The notes below the pieces were generated by a model. It was not told the DNA's origin, made no database searches, and saw only the letters and a list, made by a program, of their open reading frames with translations. Of a stretch of 64,000 nt of DNA, positions 16,719 to 25,777 are shown piece by piece. Made by a program: the position numbers and the translations under genes. Each line of letters opens with the position of its first letter. Position 1 is the stretch's first letter. Origin of the DNA: a virus; the IMG/VR virus record IMGVR_UViG_3300045988_019905; one strand, 5' to 3'.

Positions 16719-17959
16719 TGGGACAATGGTTATATAGAAAGAATAATAATGAAGTACCTACTTGTTGGAGTGCTGAATTAGTTGAAAATGCTTCTAAGAT
16801 TATAGTCAGATATGGGATTGTTGGTAAAACTATTAGAACGGATGTTTATAGAGTTACACAAAAAGACCCTGCTGCTGAACTTAAAAGTAGATATAATGAT
16901 AAACGTAAGACTGGTTATGTAACTATGGAAGATGTCAAGGATGATGGTTCTATTATTCTTCCCCCCGTAGAGGATGTGGAAGGAGAACAATCGAGATTCC
17001 TTATAGACTATCTTAATACTTATCTTCCAAGTTATCGTACAAACGAAAATAATGGTGGGCTTCTTCCTATGCTTGCCAAATCTTATACAGGCAAAGTATG
17101 GGATAAAGTTCCTGTTATGCTTGGACAATATAAGATTAACGGTCTTAGATGTTTTATTAGTGCTGAATATAACAATGGAGATATGTTTAAACCTGTAAGA
17201 CTTAGATTCCAATCTCGTGAGGGTATTTATTGGAATACTCTTAACAATCTTGAAGAGTATCTTCTTTATTGGCTTGATAAGAGACTTATTCAATATATGC
17301 TTGATGAGAATTGGGTATTAGATGGTGAGGTTTATCTTCCTGGTTATAGTGTAAATCAGATTAATCATTTTGTTAAAGACGCTAATTGTGTTGAGAATAA
17401 AGCTCTTCAATTTTGGTGTTATGATGTTGCTGTTCAGGATATGAGACAAGAACTTAGGTATCATCTTCTTGAAGGACTTTTGCCTACTAAGATAACAAGA
17501 TTTCCTACTCTTGATGCTCATCTTAATAATAAGGAACGTATTATAGTTCTTCCTATTCATAGTATTACCAATGACGTCGAAGCTAAGAAAGCAAGAGATT
17601 TCTATATTGGTCTTGGATTTGAAGGACTTATTCTCCGTAATCCTGATGCTGACTATCAATATGGTCGTCGCCGTGTAGGTTATATGGAGAAGTTTAAATC
17701 TGCTACTGATGGTAAGTTTGTTATAGTCGATATTTATAAAGAACCTAAGAGAGACTTACCTATTATTCTTTGTCAGAATGATGTAAATCGTGCTAAATTT
17801 GAAACAAGACTTAGTGCTACCCATGAATATCAACAAATGGTACTTAGAGATAAACATCTTTATATCGGTAAACATCTCTTTGTTGAATTTGGAGAACGTA
17901 GTGGAGTTGAAAAAGTTCCTTTTCATATTAAACAAACTAAGATATTGTTAGATGAATAG
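16718..17959 (+). CDS. ATP-dependent DNA ligase (413 aa)
   Basis: Nucleotidyltransferase motif I YKINGLRCF (KxxG). Motif III LDGEVY. Motif IV FEGLILRNP. Motif V MEKFK. Confidence 0.8.
   Translation: MGQWLYRKNNNEVPTCWSAELVENASKIIVRYGIVGKTIRTDVYRVTQKDPAAELKSRYNDKRKTGYVTMEDVKDDGSIILPPVEDVEGEQSRFLIDYLNTYLPSYRTNENNGGLLPMLAKSYTGKVWDKVPVMLGQYKINGLRCFISAEYNNGDMFKPVRLRFQSREGIYWNTLNNLEEYLLYWLDKRLIQYMLDENWVLDGEVYLPGYSVNQINHFVKDANCVENKALQFWCYDVAVQDMRQELRYHLLEGLLPTKITRFPTLDAHLNNKERIIVLPIHSITNDVEAKKARDFYIGLGFEGLILRNPDADYQYGRRRVGYMEKFKSATDGKFVIVDIYKEPKRDLPIILCQNDVNRAKFETRLSATHEYQQMVLRDKHLYIGKHLFVEFGERSGVEKVPFHIKQTKILLDE
16961..16983 (+). repeat. GC-rich dispersed motif copy (inside the ligase gene), near-consensus
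   Basis: CCCCCCGTAGAGGATGTGGAAGG, encoding PPVEDVEG. Confidence 0.9.
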
Positions 17960-18308
17960 TAATGTTAGACTTTTCTATAATGTTATTAATACTACAATAG
18001 ATAAAGAACGTGCTTGGTATTCTGTTAGAGATAATATTATTTATATAAGAGATAAAGAACTTCTTAAAAGTAAATATTATCTTGAAGCTGATACTTGTAC
18101 TTCTGATGCTGGTCGTCAGTTGTATATTATATTCAGTGAAGAGAAGATTGATAAAGCGTGTCGTCCTTGTCATGTAGATAATTTTGGTAGATTGAAAATT
18201 CGTCCTGTTTCTCATAGAGAATATTTTCGTACTCTTTATGAGAATGATAGTAATATTCAATTTAATATTGTTGAATACAATGAACAATATATTGCTTGTA
18301 GAATTTGA
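17952..18308 (+). CDS. hypothetical protein (118 aa)
   Basis: ORF. Last gene before a terminator. Confidence 0.5.
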   Translation: MNSNVRLFYNVINTTIDKERAWYSVRDNIIYIRDKELLKSKYYLEADTCTSDAGRQLYIIFSEEKIDKACRPCHVDNFGRLKIRPVSHREYFRTLYENDSNIQFNIVEYNEQYIACRI

Positions 18309-18335
18309 TATATAGTTGTTGTTAGTGTTTGAGGT

Positions 18336-18380
18336 GCGGGAGTTGCTGCGAATATTGTTCGTGGTAGCTCCCGCTTTTGT
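18336..18380 (+). terminator. rho-independent terminator
   Basis: GCGGGAG (18336-18342) pairs with CTCCCGC (18368-18374), followed by TTTTGTTTG. Confidence 0.7.
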
Positions 18381-18409
18381 TTGTCGGCTGATGTAAAACT
18401 GTGCTGCGA

Positions 18410-18515
18410 TGTGCCCGTAGATGCCACTCTTTTGCCCGTCATGGCATTTTCACCTATCGGCTGATGTCTTGTTAAGATTCAGATTTGCAGGCTGTGGTGA
18501 GCCTTAAAATGGCTT
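18410..18515 (+). repeat. R2-B: 106-nt conserved intergenic element, full copy
   Basis: TGTGCCCGTAGATGCCACTCTTTTGCCCGTCATGGCATTTT...GTGAGCCTTAAAATGGCTT. The anchor blocks have the same 106-nt spacing as in R2-A. It contains ATGCCA/TGGCAT arms (18421-18426 / 18442-18447) followed by TTTT. Confidence 0.7.
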
Positions 18516-18570
18516 GACCTTAACAAAGGTTAAATATAATAATTTTATAAAGTGGTCTGTATTATTTGTA

Positions 18571-18578
18571 TATATTTG
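18571..18578 (+). promoter_or_regulatory. possible -7 box TATATTTG
   Basis: TAnnTTTG match with no clear -33 TTTG. 13 nt before GTG 18592 and 25 nt before ATG 18604. Confidence 0.25.
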
Positions 18579-18591
18579 AAGTGATAAAAAT

Positions 18592-19389
18592 GTGAATAAA
18601 GATATGGTTGGAAATATTAGACCTATTATTGGTGTTAATGGTGAAGCTCAATCTGGTAAAGATACAGTTGCGAATATGATTTCGTATATTATTCGTAATA
18701 ACAGATTTAGAGCTGATTATAGAACTTGGAGTATCAAATGGGATAAGCCAGGTATGAACAAAGTTGATTCTTCTATTACTCATTTTGGAGATTTTCCTAA
18801 AGATATTTGTTCTAAAGTATTCAATATTCCAAGAGATTTCTTTGACGATATTGATTATAAAGAACGTAAGTATTATCTTATGGATTTAGGAGTCTTCGTT
18901 GATATAAATCGTATAGGAGAAGATTATATTATTGCTAATCATAGTATTCTTGCTACTTCTCCTCTTGCTGCTTTACTTATGACTTATGATAATAAAGTTG
19001 CTATTACTCTTAGAACTATGATGCAATATATTGGAACAGAAATTGGTAGAAATCGTATTAGCGAAAATTGCTGGGTTACGGCTACTATTAATACTGCTAT
19101 TGATGCTCGTAGTAAACATGGGTATTGTATTATTCCTGATGTTCGTTTTGCTAATGAAAGTGATGTTATCCGTAGACAAAATAATGGATATGTTATTAAA
19201 GTTGTGAGAGATACTGCTAAAGATAATAAGTCTCGTAATCCTAATCATGCAAGTGAAGTGTTTACTGATGTTGAATATGATTTTCTTATTGAGAATAACG
19301 GAAATAAGTTTCAGTTGTTTCATAAGGTATTGAACTTGGTGAACGATAAGATATTTTCAACTTCCCTACGGGGGAACAACAAAGATTAA
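18592..19389 (+). CDS. P-loop dNMP kinase-like protein (265 aa)
   Basis: N-terminal IIGVNGEAQSGKDTVANMI is typical of phage deoxynucleoside monophosphate kinases. GTG start at 18592, with an alternative ATG at 18604. Confidence 0.55.
   Translation: MNKDMVGNIRPIIGVNGEAQSGKDTVANMISYIIRNNRFRADYRTWSIKWDKPGMNKVDSSITHFGDFPKDICSKVFNIPRDFFDDIDYKERKYYLMDLGVFVDINRIGEDYIIANHSILATSPLAALLMTYDNKVAITLRTMMQYIGTEIGRNRISENCWVTATINTAIDARSKHGYCIIPDVRFANESDVIRRQNNGYVIKVVRDTAKDNKSRNPNHASEVFTDVEYDFLIENNGNKFQLFHKVLNLVNDKIFSTSLRGNNKD
19361..19377 (-). repeat. GC-rich dispersed motif copy (3' end of the kinase gene)
   Basis: CTTCCCTACGGGGGAAC, encoding SLRGN. Confidence 0.8.
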
Positions 19390-19391
19390 TT

Positions 19392-20327
19392 ATGAAAATT
19401 GTTAGACCTAAAGTCGAGCTTTGGACTCCTGAAGATAGTGTTAGTCATGTTGCTCGATGTGCAAGAGTTTGTTATGCTCTTAAAACTGGAAGAGATGATG
19501 GACAGCTTCATGAGGATTTGATAAAGTCTAATCATTTTAGTATGTTAAGACATGAATCTCATTATTATATAATACCTATAACTGATGGTATTACTAAACT
19601 TATTATGGATGGTTATGAAGAGTGTCCATATATAGAATTTAAACTCTATAAGGATAAACTTTATGTTGCTACTAATGGACAATTTCTTTTTGAACGTCCG
19701 TCTATGGGTACTGTCTTATACGAATATGAAGTTGGTAGAGAATATTTTGCTGCTACTGAAACAGGAATTAAACTTATGAGATATACTTTTAATGTTATTA
19801 CGCAAGTTAGTACATCTCGTGAATTGAATCGTGTTAGTCCTAATAATATTGCTGAACAGTCTACTCGTTATTGTAATTATTCTCGTGGTAGATTTGAAGG
19901 AGAATGTGCTATTTGTCAACCACATTGGTTTGATTTTATGCAGAAAGAAGTTGCTTATTATAAGTTTGAAGATGGTAAATGTCATTATATTAAAATTGAT
20001 GATGGCGAATGGCATCCTTATGATAATACTGCTGTTGTACTTCGTAAGTATAAACAGCCTATGCTTCAACGTTATCTTCTTGATAATGATTCTTCTTGTA
20101 GAGCATATCTTGCTCAAATTGCAGATGGAATGGAACCTCAAGACGCAAGAGGAGAATTACCTCTTGATTTAGCTACTGAAGTTGTTTATACTTATAGTGT
20201 TAATGAATGGCGGCATATTCTTGATTTAAGATATTATGGTAAGACTGGCAAACCTCATCCTAATGCTAAGATTATTGCCGGCATGATTAAAGATGAACTT
20301 GATGAACTTGGTTACGATTTTGAATAA
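19392..20327 (+). CDS. thyX: FAD-dependent thymidylate synthase ThyX (311 aa)
   Basis: VARCARVCY near the N-terminus. SRELNRVSPNNIAEQSTRY is a diverged RHRxxSxxxxSxRY signature. C-terminal EWRHILDLRY. Confidence 0.65.
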   Translation: MKIVRPKVELWTPEDSVSHVARCARVCYALKTGRDDGQLHEDLIKSNHFSMLRHESHYYIIPITDGITKLIMDGYEECPYIEFKLYKDKLYVATNGQFLFERPSMGTVLYEYEVGREYFAATETGIKLMRYTFNVITQVSTSRELNRVSPNNIAEQSTRYCNYSRGRFEGECAICQPHWFDFMQKEVAYYKFEDGKCHYIKIDDGEWHPYDNTAVVLRKYKQPMLQRYLLDNDSSCRAYLAQIADGMEPQDARGELPLDLATEVVYTYSVNEWRHILDLRYYGKTGKPHPNAKIIAGMIKDELDELGYDFE

Positions 20328-20330
20328 GAT

Positions 20331-20507
20331 ATGAAAGTAAGTCAAAATACTCGTTGTGCGTTTGGACTTCATAAATGTGAAGTTATCAAACAAGAAGATA
20401 TTAAAGATGTCTATGGTCATGTAATTGGTATAGCGATTATTAGTCGCTGTACTAATTGCGGTAAGATTAAGACAGCTTATGTATATACAGTTAATGGTAG
20501 ACCTTAA
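20331..20507 (+). CDS. small zinc-ribbon-like protein (58 aa, below the ORF-track cutoff)
   Basis: Translated by hand: MKVSQNTRCAFGLHKCEVIKQEDIKDVYGHVIGIAIISRCTNCGKIKTAYVYTVNGRP. It has Cx6C ... CxxC. It fills the gap between thyX and the next gene. Confidence 0.45.
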   Translation: MKVSQNTRCAFGLHKCEVIKQEDIKDVYGHVIGIAIISRCTNCGKIKTAYVYTVNGRP

Positions 20508-20511
20508 AGAT

Positions 20512-21384
20512 ATGATAGGATTTAGTAGCCCAAAAGTAAAAGCGGAAGAAGCTCCAAAAGCTGAACCTGCTAAAGTAGAAGAAGCTCCAAGAAGGCAAAG
20601 TCTATTTGCTATTAGTGCCGAACTTGAAGATATTTTCTTTGAGATTGAAGAAGCTGGTGGTGAAGTTACAGAAGAGATTCTTGCTAAACTTGCTATTACA
20701 GAAGAAAACCTAAAGCAAAAGCTTGATGGTTATCGTAAATATTATACTTCTCTTAGTCTTGATGCCGAAGCTTGTAAAAAAGAGGAAACTCGAATTGCTA
20801 TGATTCGTAAGACTAAAGAGAATCAAGCTAAACGTCTTAAAGATAGTATGTATGAAGCGGTTGCGGCTTATGGAGAAACTGGAAAAAATGGTAACAAAGT
20901 TGTTAATCTTGTTGATAGTAAACTTTATACTAAAAAGTCTGAAGTTCTACTCATGGATGAAGAACTGTTACTCACGTTCAAAGATATGGTATTTGACCAA
21001 TTTAGAGAACTGTATAATAATGATATGCTTGATATTGATAATCCTAATGTTGATTCTCTTGACCCGCAAGGATTTATTGATGTTATTAATGCTAAGTTTA
21101 AAGCTGAACGTCCTGAACGTGCTGAACGCATGATGGAAGAACATGGTCAATTGTTTACTATTGATGACCTTATGAATCTTAATGTTAAGTTTGAAACTTC
21201 AATAGGTGCTTATAGTCTACTTAGTAAGGCTCATTTCTCTCTTATTAATGCGTTCTTTAATGAAGAACATATTTCTAATGTTGTTCCGGATATTAATAAG
21301 ACCACACTTAAGAATATTCTTAAGACAGGTGGTGTTAGTAATTTTGCTGAACTTGGTTATAGCGAAAGTCTGATTATTAAATAA
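20512..21384 (+). CDS. hypothetical protein, possibly Gp157-like (290 aa)
   Basis: The track ORF starts at 20479, but ATG 20512 follows the upstream stop. The pattern EDIFFEIEEAGGEVTEEILAKL...EENLKQKLDGY resembles the siphovirus Gp157 family. Weak. Confidence 0.45.
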   Translation: MIGFSSPKVKAEEAPKAEPAKVEEAPRRQSLFAISAELEDIFFEIEEAGGEVTEEILAKLAITEENLKQKLDGYRKYYTSLSLDAEACKKEETRIAMIRKTKENQAKRLKDSMYEAVAAYGETGKNGNKVVNLVDSKLYTKKSEVLLMDEELLLTFKDMVFDQFRELYNNDMLDIDNPNVDSLDPQGFIDVINAKFKAERPERAERMMEEHGQLFTIDDLMNLNVKFETSIGAYSLLSKAHFSLINAFFNEEHISNVVPDINKTTLKNILKTGGVSNFAELGYSESLIIK

Positions 21385-21390
21385 ATTATT

Positions 21391-21549
21391 ATGTGTGAAG
21401 ATAGACCAAGAGTTAGAACAGGTAGTCAAGAAGTCGAAAAGACTCTTGACGAACTGTTTAAATATCTCATCAATGTCTTAGGATATGATAGAGAACGTGC
21501 TAAGAGAGTTATTAAAGAAGAAGTTGAAAATCTTTTAAATAGTAATTAA
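21391..21549 (+). CDS. small protein (52 aa, below the ORF-track cutoff)
   Basis: Translated by hand: MCEDRPRVRTGSQEVEKTLDELFKYLINVLGYDRERAKRVIKEEVENLLNSN. Confidence 0.35.
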   Translation: MCEDRPRVRTGSQEVEKTLDELFKYLINVLGYDRERAKRVIKEEVENLLNSN

Positions 21550-21552
21550 GCT

Positions 21553-22623
21553 ATGGCATATTATAATGCAAAAGGAGAACCGTGGCGATATAAAGGTGCA
21601 GTTGATGTTGGTGATTGTACTACGTCTGCGGAAGTAATCGAGAAAGCTGGTCTCGATTGGTATGTTGATAAGTGTGAGCTTTATGCTAAAATGCAAGTTA
21701 ATATTGAAAATGATTATGACCTTGATAAAGTTATCCAAGAAACAAAAGATAAAGATGCTCATCTTCATGGAAAAGACATTTTCCGGAATTGTCCTAATGC
21801 TTTTGCTACCTATCGTACTGATTATAATATTCCTCTTGGAGTTGTTAAGGGAAAATATACCCCTGTTCAGAACAAAGAAGCATTTACCTTTTTTGATGAC
21901 GCTATAGGTAGTGGTAAAGCTATTTGGCAAACTGCTGGTAGTTTTGGAAGTGGAGAGCGTATTTTCGTTAGTGCTAAGTTACCTAATAATATATTGGTCA
22001 AAGGAGACCCTGTTGATAACTATCTTGTATTTACTAATACACATGATGGTAGTAGTGGAGTTAAAATCTTATTTACTCCTATTCGAGTAATTTGTCGTAA
22101 TACTCTTACAGCTGCTATTCGTACTTCTACTAATTATGTGAGTTTTCGGCATACTGCAAGTGTTCATTCTAACATACAACTTGCTCATGAAATACTTGGT
22201 ATTTGTGATGTTAGACGTAAAGAAATTGAACAAGTGTATAATATGCTTGCCGAGATTAAAGTTACTGATGAAGATGTAATGGAGTTCATTGGTAAAAATG
22301 TTCTTAGTCCTAATGAAGAAGAAGTTCTATTTGAGACAGGACATAGTTACAAAGAACTTTGTTATCGTAATAATGCTGCTTATGAAGATTCAGGTATTTC
22401 TATGCGTAAACTTAATGTTCTATCTGCTACTTGGGATTATTATAATCGTGGCGTTGGGCAGAAAGAAATTATGGGTACAGCGTGGGGTGCTGTTAATGCT
22501 ATTACTGGTTATTATTCTAATGTTGATAATGCTAAAGACGAAAAGAGATTTGATAGTCTTGTATTTGGAGACAAATCACGTAAAATTCAAACAGCTTTCG
22601 CTATGGCGGAAGAATTTAATTAA
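21553..22623 (+). CDS. DUF932 (phage/plasmid-like) family protein (356 aa)
   Basis: YRTDYNIPLGVVKGKYTPVQNKEAFTFFD...GSGERIFVSAKL...GDPVDNYLVFTNTHDGSSGVKILFTPIRVICRNTL matches the characteristic DUF932 core pattern. Confidence 0.65.
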   Translation: MAYYNAKGEPWRYKGAVDVGDCTTSAEVIEKAGLDWYVDKCELYAKMQVNIENDYDLDKVIQETKDKDAHLHGKDIFRNCPNAFATYRTDYNIPLGVVKGKYTPVQNKEAFTFFDDAIGSGKAIWQTAGSFGSGERIFVSAKLPNNILVKGDPVDNYLVFTNTHDGSSGVKILFTPIRVICRNTLTAAIRTSTNYVSFRHTASVHSNIQLAHEILGICDVRRKEIEQVYNMLAEIKVTDEDVMEFIGKNVLSPNEEEVLFETGHSYKELCYRNNAAYEDSGISMRKLNVLSATWDYYNRGVGQKEIMGTAWGAVNAITGYYSNVDNAKDEKRFDSLVFGDKSRKIQTAFAMAEEFN

Positions 22624-22638
22624 GAAAGAAGAATAACA

Positions 22639-23412
22639 ATGGGAAATTTAGCTAAAGCTATTGCAAATGCTATTGTAGCATATAAAGGAGGAAGCTATAC
22701 TGTTGATACGTTAGCCGAACTTATAGACAAAGACATTAATAATGTTACAGTTAAAGTATGGCGTGAAGATAAACGTATTCCTTTGCCTGTATATGGTAAA
22801 GAAGGAGATGCTTGTTGTGACGTTTATGCAACATCTATTGAGTATGATGAAGCAAAAGACCGTTGGATAGTTCATACCGGACTTCACTTTGCTCTTCCTG
22901 ACGAATACGAAATGGAACTTCGTCCACGTAGTAGCAATACTAAAACTGAACTTTATGTTCCTAATGCACCTGGAACTCTTGATTGGGGTTATCGTGGAGA
23001 ACTTCTTATCATCTTTAAAGGACGTACAAATGTTCATTTGTTCCGTGCTGTTGAAGAACTTAAAGATTGTGTTCGTGGTATTCCCGGTGTTGGTAAGAAT
23101 CGTTTCCTTGCAGCTTGTAGTAATGAACTCGATAAAGCTGGATTTACATTCCCATATCGTCCTATTAGTGATGATTATGAGGGAGACCGCATTTGTCAAC
23201 TTCTTGTTCGTCGTAGAGAAAAGATTCAATGGGAAGAAGTTGAAACTATTGAAGAACTTGGAAGTACTGAACGTGGCGAAAAAGGATTTGGTTCTACTGG
23301 TGGTGATGGTGAAGCTAAAATCGAAGAAGCTCCTGAACCTGAAAAGGTTAAAGAAGCTGATGACGAACCAGCTAAAGTATCTGGAACTACACAAAATCGC
23401 TTTGCAAAATAA
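22639..23412 (+). CDS. dut: dUTPase with a C-terminal acidic/Lys-rich extension (257 aa)
   Basis: GDACCDVYA, RPRSSN, GTLDWGYRGEL and C-terminal RGEKGFGSTG correspond to dUTPase motifs I, II, III and V. Confidence 0.9.
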   Translation: MGNLAKAIANAIVAYKGGSYTVDTLAELIDKDINNVTVKVWREDKRIPLPVYGKEGDACCDVYATSIEYDEAKDRWIVHTGLHFALPDEYEMELRPRSSNTKTELYVPNAPGTLDWGYRGELLIIFKGRTNVHLFRAVEELKDCVRGIPGVGKNRFLAACSNELDKAGFTFPYRPISDDYEGDRICQLLVRRREKIQWEEVETIEELGSTERGEKGFGSTGGDGEAKIEEAPEPEKVKEADDEPAKVSGTTQNRFAK

Positions 23413-23633
23413 TGCTTGGAGATAAACCTCTTATTGACCATACTTATATTCATACTCAAACTAAGAATGAATATAAAGTAGTTGAACTTGGTAAAATCAA
23501 ATGTCCCGAAAGTGGTTATTGGTACGATGCAGTATTTTATATTCGTGCCGATAATTCACCGGGATTTTATGGAAGAACTGTTCAAAGTTTTATGTCTAAT
23601 TTTGAAGATATTGAAAATATAGTTGAAACATGA
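23412..23633 (+). CDS. small protein, DUF1653-like (73 aa)
   Basis: YIHTQTKNEYKVVELGKIKCPESGYWYDAVFY...FYGRTVQSFMSNFE resembles the DUF1653 pattern. Moderate at best. Confidence 0.45.
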   Translation: MLGDKPLIDHTYIHTQTKNEYKVVELGKIKCPESGYWYDAVFYIRADNSPGFYGRTVQSFMSNFEDIENIVET

Positions 23634-23899
23634 TTAGAATTATATGTTATACAAAGAAGAATTGCGAGCCATGTAAAATCATGATGCGCATTGTTTCTAA
23701 TGCTGTTGTTGATGCAAATACTGATATTAGTTATAGTATTAGACATAATGATAGTTTTACTGTTGAAGAACTAACCAAACTTAAGGTTAGAATGTATCCT
23801 ACTACCGTTATTGAAAAAGATGGTAAAGAAATTGCAAGACTTGAAGGAACTTTTCCTCAAGCTTATGTTTCTGATGTAATTAACAAAATTGAAAAGTAA
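23630..23899 (+). CDS. thioredoxin/glutaredoxin-like protein (89 aa)
   Basis: CxxC active-site-like YTKKNCEPCKIM, and a cis-Pro region MYPTTVIEKDGKEI. Confidence 0.6.
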   Translation: MIRIICYTKKNCEPCKIMMRIVSNAVVDANTDISYSIRHNDSFTVEELTKLKVRMYPTTVIEKDGKEIARLEGTFPQAYVSDVINKIEK

Positions 23900-23904
23900 T
23901 TATC

Positions 23905-24129
23905 ATGGATTTTAAACAATGTAAAGTCCTTGCTGATATTAAGTATTGTGAAGCAACTAATGTTGAGTATGAACAATACTATAAAGATAATTATGATAAT
24001 AATTTTGAACTTACAGAACCTGATACAGAATATGACGGTTATATTGTTATTCTTTATGATGGACAACCTGAATGGTTTAGTAAAGAACTTTTTAAACAAG
24101 AAATTGAACCAAATTTAAGAACAGAATGA
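23905..24129 (+). CDS. hypothetical protein (74 aa)
   Basis: ORF overlapping the next start. Confidence 0.5.
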   Translation: MDFKQCKVLADIKYCEATNVEYEQYYKDNYDNNFELTEPDTEYDGYIVILYDGQPEWFSKELFKQEIEPNLRTE

Positions 24130-24806
24130 AAGCAATTGGAATTAAAATGGTTGACCTGCAACCAATGACTGCCAAAGAAGCCTTTGATAAAGGTTATGGT
24201 ATGAAATCTACTCAAGACCCTGACGGTGATGGTTATGAAGTAACTTATCCTGATGGATATAAATCTTGGAGTCCTAAAGAAGTAGCTGATGCTGCTTATT
24301 TTGCTATTGATGATGAAAATGGTCAGATGATTAAGTCTACTGATATTGAAAGATTTATCGCTGCCGAAGATGCAGAAAAACTTGGTACTAAAACTACTAT
24401 TGTTAGTATTCGTACTCTTACCGGTTTTGAATCTCACGGTCTTAGTTCTTGTGTTGACCCTTCTCGTTATGATATTAACATAGGCAAGAAATTCGCTAAA
24501 GAAAAGGCTGTTGATGCTATTTGGGCTGGACTTGGTTTTGTACTTCAATGGGCTAAATTTGGTTTGAAACAAAAACCAGTTATTTCTAAATATCCTGCTC
24601 ATATTGAACGTGTGATTGCAGAACATGATGAACTTAGAGAACGTTCTGTTAAACTTGCTAACTTTATTAGTGGCAATGAAATATTTAAAACTCTATCGGA
24701 AGATGAGCAAAATGATATGAAAGACCAATTAATGTATATGCAAAAGTATATTGATTGTCTTCATTCTCGGCTTATTAGAAGTGGAGTTGATGCAAGCGAT
24801 ATCTAA
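24126..24806 (+). CDS. hypothetical protein, possibly N4 gp49 / Sf6 gp66 family (226 aa)
   Basis: GYEVTYPDGYKSWSPKEV and TTIVSIRTLTGFESHGLSSCVDPSRYDINIGKKFAKEKAVDAIWAGLGFVLQ resemble that family's pattern. Tentative. Confidence 0.45.
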   Translation: MKAIGIKMVDLQPMTAKEAFDKGYGMKSTQDPDGDGYEVTYPDGYKSWSPKEVADAAYFAIDDENGQMIKSTDIERFIAAEDAEKLGTKTTIVSIRTLTGFESHGLSSCVDPSRYDINIGKKFAKEKAVDAIWAGLGFVLQWAKFGLKQKPVISKYPAHIERVIAEHDELRERSVKLANFISGNEIFKTLSEDEQNDMKDQLMYMQKYIDCLHSRLIRSGVDASDI

Positions 24807-24856
24807 TATATCGTAAAGCGAGAACACGCTAATGTTCATAGTTAAGTTATACATAT

Positions 24857-24900
24857 TAAGTCTACTGTTCGTGAGAATGGTAGACTTACTTGTTTATTCT
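24857..24900 (+). terminator. rho-independent terminator
   Basis: TAAGTCTAC (24857-24865) pairs with GTAGACTTA (24880-24888), followed by CTTGTTTATTCT. Confidence 0.65.
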
Positions 24901-24903
24901 GAT

Positions 24904-24918
24904 TCTCCTACGGGCGAC
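24904..24918 (-). repeat. GC-rich dispersed motif copy (intergenic, left half of an inverted pair)
   Basis: TCTCCTACGGGCGAC. Confidence 0.65.
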
Positions 24919-24924
24919 AGAGCT

Positions 24925-24947
24925 GTTCCCCCGTAGAGGATGTGCAC
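24925..24947 (+). repeat. GC-rich dispersed motif copy (intergenic, right half of an inverted pair)
   Basis: GTTCCCCCGTAGAGGATGTGCAC. Confidence 0.85.
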
Positions 24948-24976
24948 ATAATATTAATCCTCTAAATGCTAACAAT

Positions 24977-25189
24977 ATGAAACCTAATGATACTGATGCT
25001 CAAAAAGCTATTAAGAAAACTCCTAATAAAGCTTATCACAAAGATGATGAACCTGAAAGTGATGGTTGTCTTAAACAAGCAATTATAGCTATTATTGTTA
25101 TTGTCTTTTGTGTACTTGTTTGTCGTGAGTGCCACAAAGGTGCTACTGACCCAAATTATAGTCAATATGAATATTCATTTTTAGATTAA
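24977..25189 (+). CDS. small membrane protein (70 aa)
   Basis: The track ORF begins at TTG 24890 and reads through the motif pair. ATG 24977 (MKPNDTDAQ...) is more plausible. Hydrophobic segment AIIAIIVIVFCVLVC. Confidence 0.45.
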   Translation: MKPNDTDAQKAIKKTPNKAYHKDDEPESDGCLKQAIIAIIVIVFCVLVCRECHKGATDPNYSQYEYSFLD

Positions 25190-25198
25190 AATATAGAT

Positions 25199-25546
25199 AT
25201 GGAAATTGTACCAAATTTACAAAGAGACAAAATGTCTAAAGAACAGATAGAGTACTTACAGAAGCAAGAACAGCAATATAAGTATATCGGAAGTCTGAAG
25301 AATATACCCGGTCTTACTCTGTTTTCTTTTAATAGAGTTACTAAAGTAGTTAAGGTTGCTGATATTACTAAACAAATGTCGGTTAATCTTAAAGGTAAAC
25401 CAGTAGAAACAAAGAAACTTGTTCAAGAGAAAGATTGTTTCTATGATTTTGCTCTTAATACTAAGAACTTTATTAAACATCTTATTCGTTATGGTCTTAT
25501 TGAAAAGAAAGAAGACGTTATTGTGGCTAAAAAGACTAATATGTAA
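25199..25546 (+). CDS. hypothetical protein (115 aa)
   Basis: ORF. Confidence 0.5.
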   Translation: MEIVPNLQRDKMSKEQIEYLQKQEQQYKYIGSLKNIPGLTLFSFNRVTKVVKVADITKQMSVNLKGKPVETKKLVQEKDCFYDFALNTKNFIKHLIRYGLIEKKEDVIVAKKTNM

Positions 25547-25631
25547 AATATATGGTCATGATAGAGTTTTTGTAAATGAATCAAGAACTCGAATTAAAGG
25601 TAAGTCTCGACATCGTTATGGAAATCTTGTT

Positions 25632-25742
25632 ATGAGTCTTAATAGAAAAGGTGGTAAAGGTGGAAGTGTAAGAATTGTTGATGGTGGTTATTATATTTGT
25701 GCTCGTTGTGGAAAGAAATTGACAAATTGGGAGCGATTTTAA
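25632..25742 (+). CDS. possible small CxxC protein (36 aa from the first ATG)
   Basis: The frame is open from 25419, overlapping the previous gene. The first in-frame ATG after the upstream stop is at 25632: MSLNRKGGKGGSVRIVDGGYYICARCGKKLTNWERF. The stop lies inside R2-C. Confidence 0.25.
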   Translation: MSLNRKGGKGGSVRIVDGGYYICARCGKKLTNWERF

Positions 25743-25777
25743 GCTCCGCTGTGAGACTTTATGCCTAAAGTAATATA
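25731..25777 (-). repeat. R2-C: partial (3' 47 nt) copy of the conserved element
   Basis: The reverse complement reads TATATTACTTTAGGCATAAAGTCTCACAGCGGAGCTTAAAATCGCTC, nearly identical to the 3' part of R2-E. It points into the antisense of the last + strand genes. Confidence 0.65.

Noticed and set aside
18257-18442. A 61-aa ORF on the - strand in the 18.3-18.6 kb gap.
   Set aside because: It spans the terminator hairpin and the conserved R2-B element and runs against the local gene direction. The region is better explained as regulatory.
24890-24976. N-terminal extensions of track ORFs (24890, 2496, 4312, 57926, 50648, 60155, 20479, 6920).
   Set aside because: They read through hairpins, motif copies or the preceding gene. 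An internal ATG placed right after the upstream stop gives a more conventional gene in each case.
25521-25546. Programmed frameshift joining ORF 25199-25546 to the overlapping frame 25419-25742.
   Set aside because: No slippery heptamer or downstream structure was seen at the overlap. The second frame may simply start at ATG 25632 or may not be coding.
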